Assembly (NCBI RefSeq): GCF_001194135.2
Contig: NC_069001.1
Span: 3,784,527-3,848,526, forward strand
Reading direction: 5' to 3'
Origin: Octopus bimaculoides
Lineage: Eukaryota
DNA length: 64,000 nucleotides
Made by a program: the position numbers and the translations under genes. The notes below the pieces were generated by a model. The model made no database searches, was not told where the DNA came from, and saw nothing but the letters and a program-made list of their open reading frames with translations. Position 1 is the first letter of the stretch. Every line of letters begins with the position of its first letter. Of the stretch, positions 61,701-64,000 are shown in pieces.

Positions 61701-62902
61701 AAGGAGACACCATCACTATATTGGATGATATCACACCAACAGTCATGCTTCTACTCACTGATAACAATATCCAATTTATATTTTAACCTTAGAAAAGATT
61801 GCTTTTTTATTTTTTTTTCAAGAATGTAGTTAAAATATAGATATTATAACTAGTTTAAATATTTTATTTCTAAGAAAAACCACAACCCTCTCTTCAGAAC
61901 CACCACACTTCTACCTTTCTTAATTGTTATAGTAAAAGCTGTCCATCATGGGCTTGACCAATATTTAGAATTCTGTAAAACAATCTACAGTAATTACTTT
62001 ACACATCACATGACTGCCCATCCTACCATACCATACCATACCATTGATGACCAGTTCAGTGGGTGGGTGTGTAGGCTTGATGCGATTTCATTAAGTAATC
62101 TTGTTGTCAGTCAAGTAGTCGCATTAGTATGAATTTACTATGAAATACCAAGGTTAAGAGTGAATGACTATTAGCTGATTAGTAGTAAAATACAGCCAGC
62201 CATTACTAAATGACAAAAAACAAACCTCTTGCCTCCTTCATTTAACCTCCATTTCTCTCTTGCTTAATGTTTTGACTCTCCTCACCTCCCCAACCTGATT
62301 TGGAAAGATTGCAGCTCAGAAAAAAATTGCCTTTTATATATATATATATGTTTTTTTTTATAATTCTGTTTTAGATTTAACTGTTTTTTGCTTTCTTTTT
62401 GTTCTTTGTAAATGTTACATTTTATATTGTTTTACTTAATACATAAAGTGCAACGGACCACAGTCGTGACTGTCAGGCACAGGTCAACAGGCCATGATCA
62501 TGGCCCAGATAGATGTATCTAATTTATGGGCATTTGTGAGGGTCTAATGTCACTCAAATGTTCCGATACCCCTCAGAATGCAAGAGGACTAATAGTTCAA
62601 CTAATGACTTTTCATATGATGTAAAACTTGCCACCATTATATACTAAGAAGATATTTTAACTTTTTTGTTTTCCATGTGTGCATGGTAGTCTCATTTTCA
62701 TAAAATTTGCTCAGCAGTCCATGCTATGTAAGTGCAAATCCCAGCGATTTATGGGTTAATCAGAATCCTTTTTTGAAAACATTATCCTCTTTTACATTGC
62801 TTTATAGGGTTTCATTGGTCAAACTGAGCTCAGTATTTATCTTTTAAACCTGTAGTTTTGCTACATAGACAGGTATAATAAATAGGTTGCTCGAAACAAT
62901 TG

Positions 62903-62992
62903 GCGAACTTTCCTATCGCTAGCTTTCCTACAGCCAAAAATCCTAAGACGAATTTTCCTGTGGTAAAAATGTTTGCGGCAAACTTTCCGGAT
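62903..62992. repeat. Six degenerate 15-bp tandem units (~GCGAACTTTCCNNNN)
   Basis: GCGAACTTTCCTATC / GCTAGCTTTCCTACA / GCCAAAAATCCTAAG / ACGAATTTTCCTGTG / GTAAAAATGTTTGCG / GCAAACTTTCCGGAT. Confidence 0.6.
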
Positions 62993-63019
62993 ATGACAGT
63001 TTCCATATCCCAAATTTAC

Positions 63020-63140
63020 TCATATGGTTTTGGTTGGCCCAGGGCCGTGGTAGAAAAGACTTGTCCAAGGTGCTGCACAGTGGGAATAAACCCGAAACAA
63101 CATGTCTGCAACACAAGCTTCTTAACCACACAGCTATGCT
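63020..63140 (-). mobile_element. 5' part of family-B SINE
   Basis: Minus strand TAGCTGTGTGGTTAAGAAGCTTG...CCCACTGTGCAGCACCTTGGACAAGTC. Confidence 0.7.
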
Positions 63141-63404
63141 GGTGTCTGATTCTTACAATCTGCTACTTTTGGTGATTGAACAACTAAGTAAAAACCTACT
63201 TGTAAACAGTTAGATGTACTTCACAGATCACAGAAACAAAAGGCAGTGGTGCTTACACAACAGTTAATGTTGCTGCTGTTGTTGTTATTGTTGTTGTGTT
63301 TTTGACTTTTAGACAAAATAGAAATAGACTTTTTTTTTCTCTTTAAGATTTACACATTTTTTTTTTCAAAATCTCTTCTATGAAACTAACACCTTTGCCA
63401 TCAC

Positions 63405-63447
63405 CACCACTACCACTGATTACTACTACAGCCACCACCACCACTGA

Positions 63448-63489
<42 letters not shown>

Positions 63490-64000
63490 CACCACTACCA
63501 CCACCACTCCTATACTACTACAACCATAACTACAGTCACTCCCACCACCACTACAATCACAACTGTTGCCGCCACCACCACTATCACTACTACTACTAAC
63601 ACCAACCACCATTACTACTACCACCGTCACCACCACCACCACTACTACTATTACTACCACTACTACTACTACTACTGCTACTACTACTACCACTTCGACA
63701 CACCGTCAATACAAGTACAACCATTTCAATACAAACAAGCCACTATCACCACCTCAACATACCATCGTTGTTACAAATATGCCACCACAATCACCACCAC
63801 TACAACCCACCCACCCATACATACAGAGACACACAAACATTACCATATTCAATACCACCATCATTTCCACCATTTCACAGCAAATCCCCCCCCCACACAC
63901 ACACAAGCATGCACAACCATCGTCATTACCCCCTTCCCCCACACAATCAACACCATCACCACCACCACAACATGCTACCATCACCCCTCCCCTCCCCCAC
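63405..64000. repeat. Compound (CAC/TAC)n low-complexity tract
   Basis: Degenerate ACC/ACT trinucleotide run to the window end. Confidence 0.9.

Overview
AT-rich, microsatellite-dense eukaryotic genomic DNA from a gapped assembly. The repeat families and composition look like an octopus (coleoid cephalopod); this is inference, not a database result. Bases 1-25531 are one uninterrupted, single-orientation, CpG-dense complex satellite built from ACGA/ACGT tetramers plus about a dozen recurring landmark modules. Module order is shuffled, the mean period is about 0.7 kb, and a variant-defined central layer spans about 9.7-23 kb. All long ORFs there are repeat artefacts. The only convincing protein-coding gene is an inward-rectifier K+ channel (Kir/Irk type, 471 aa, 50048-51463, minus strand). 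Its whole CDS appears to lie on one internal exon (50040-51572), with a poly-Met uORF at the exon start and a consensus splice donor 8 nt after the stop. The rest is transposon debris: three or four tRNA-derived SINE families, an internally deleted mariner, mariner- and hAT-derived MITEs, TTAA/piggyBac-like elements, a Penelope-like remnant and an R4/Dong-type LINE end inside an (AAC)n microsatellite. There are also two long near-perfect inverted repeats and a ~37-bp-period array whose core reads CAG|GTGAGT on the Kir strand. Coordinates of degraded repeats are approximate and identities were estimated by eye.
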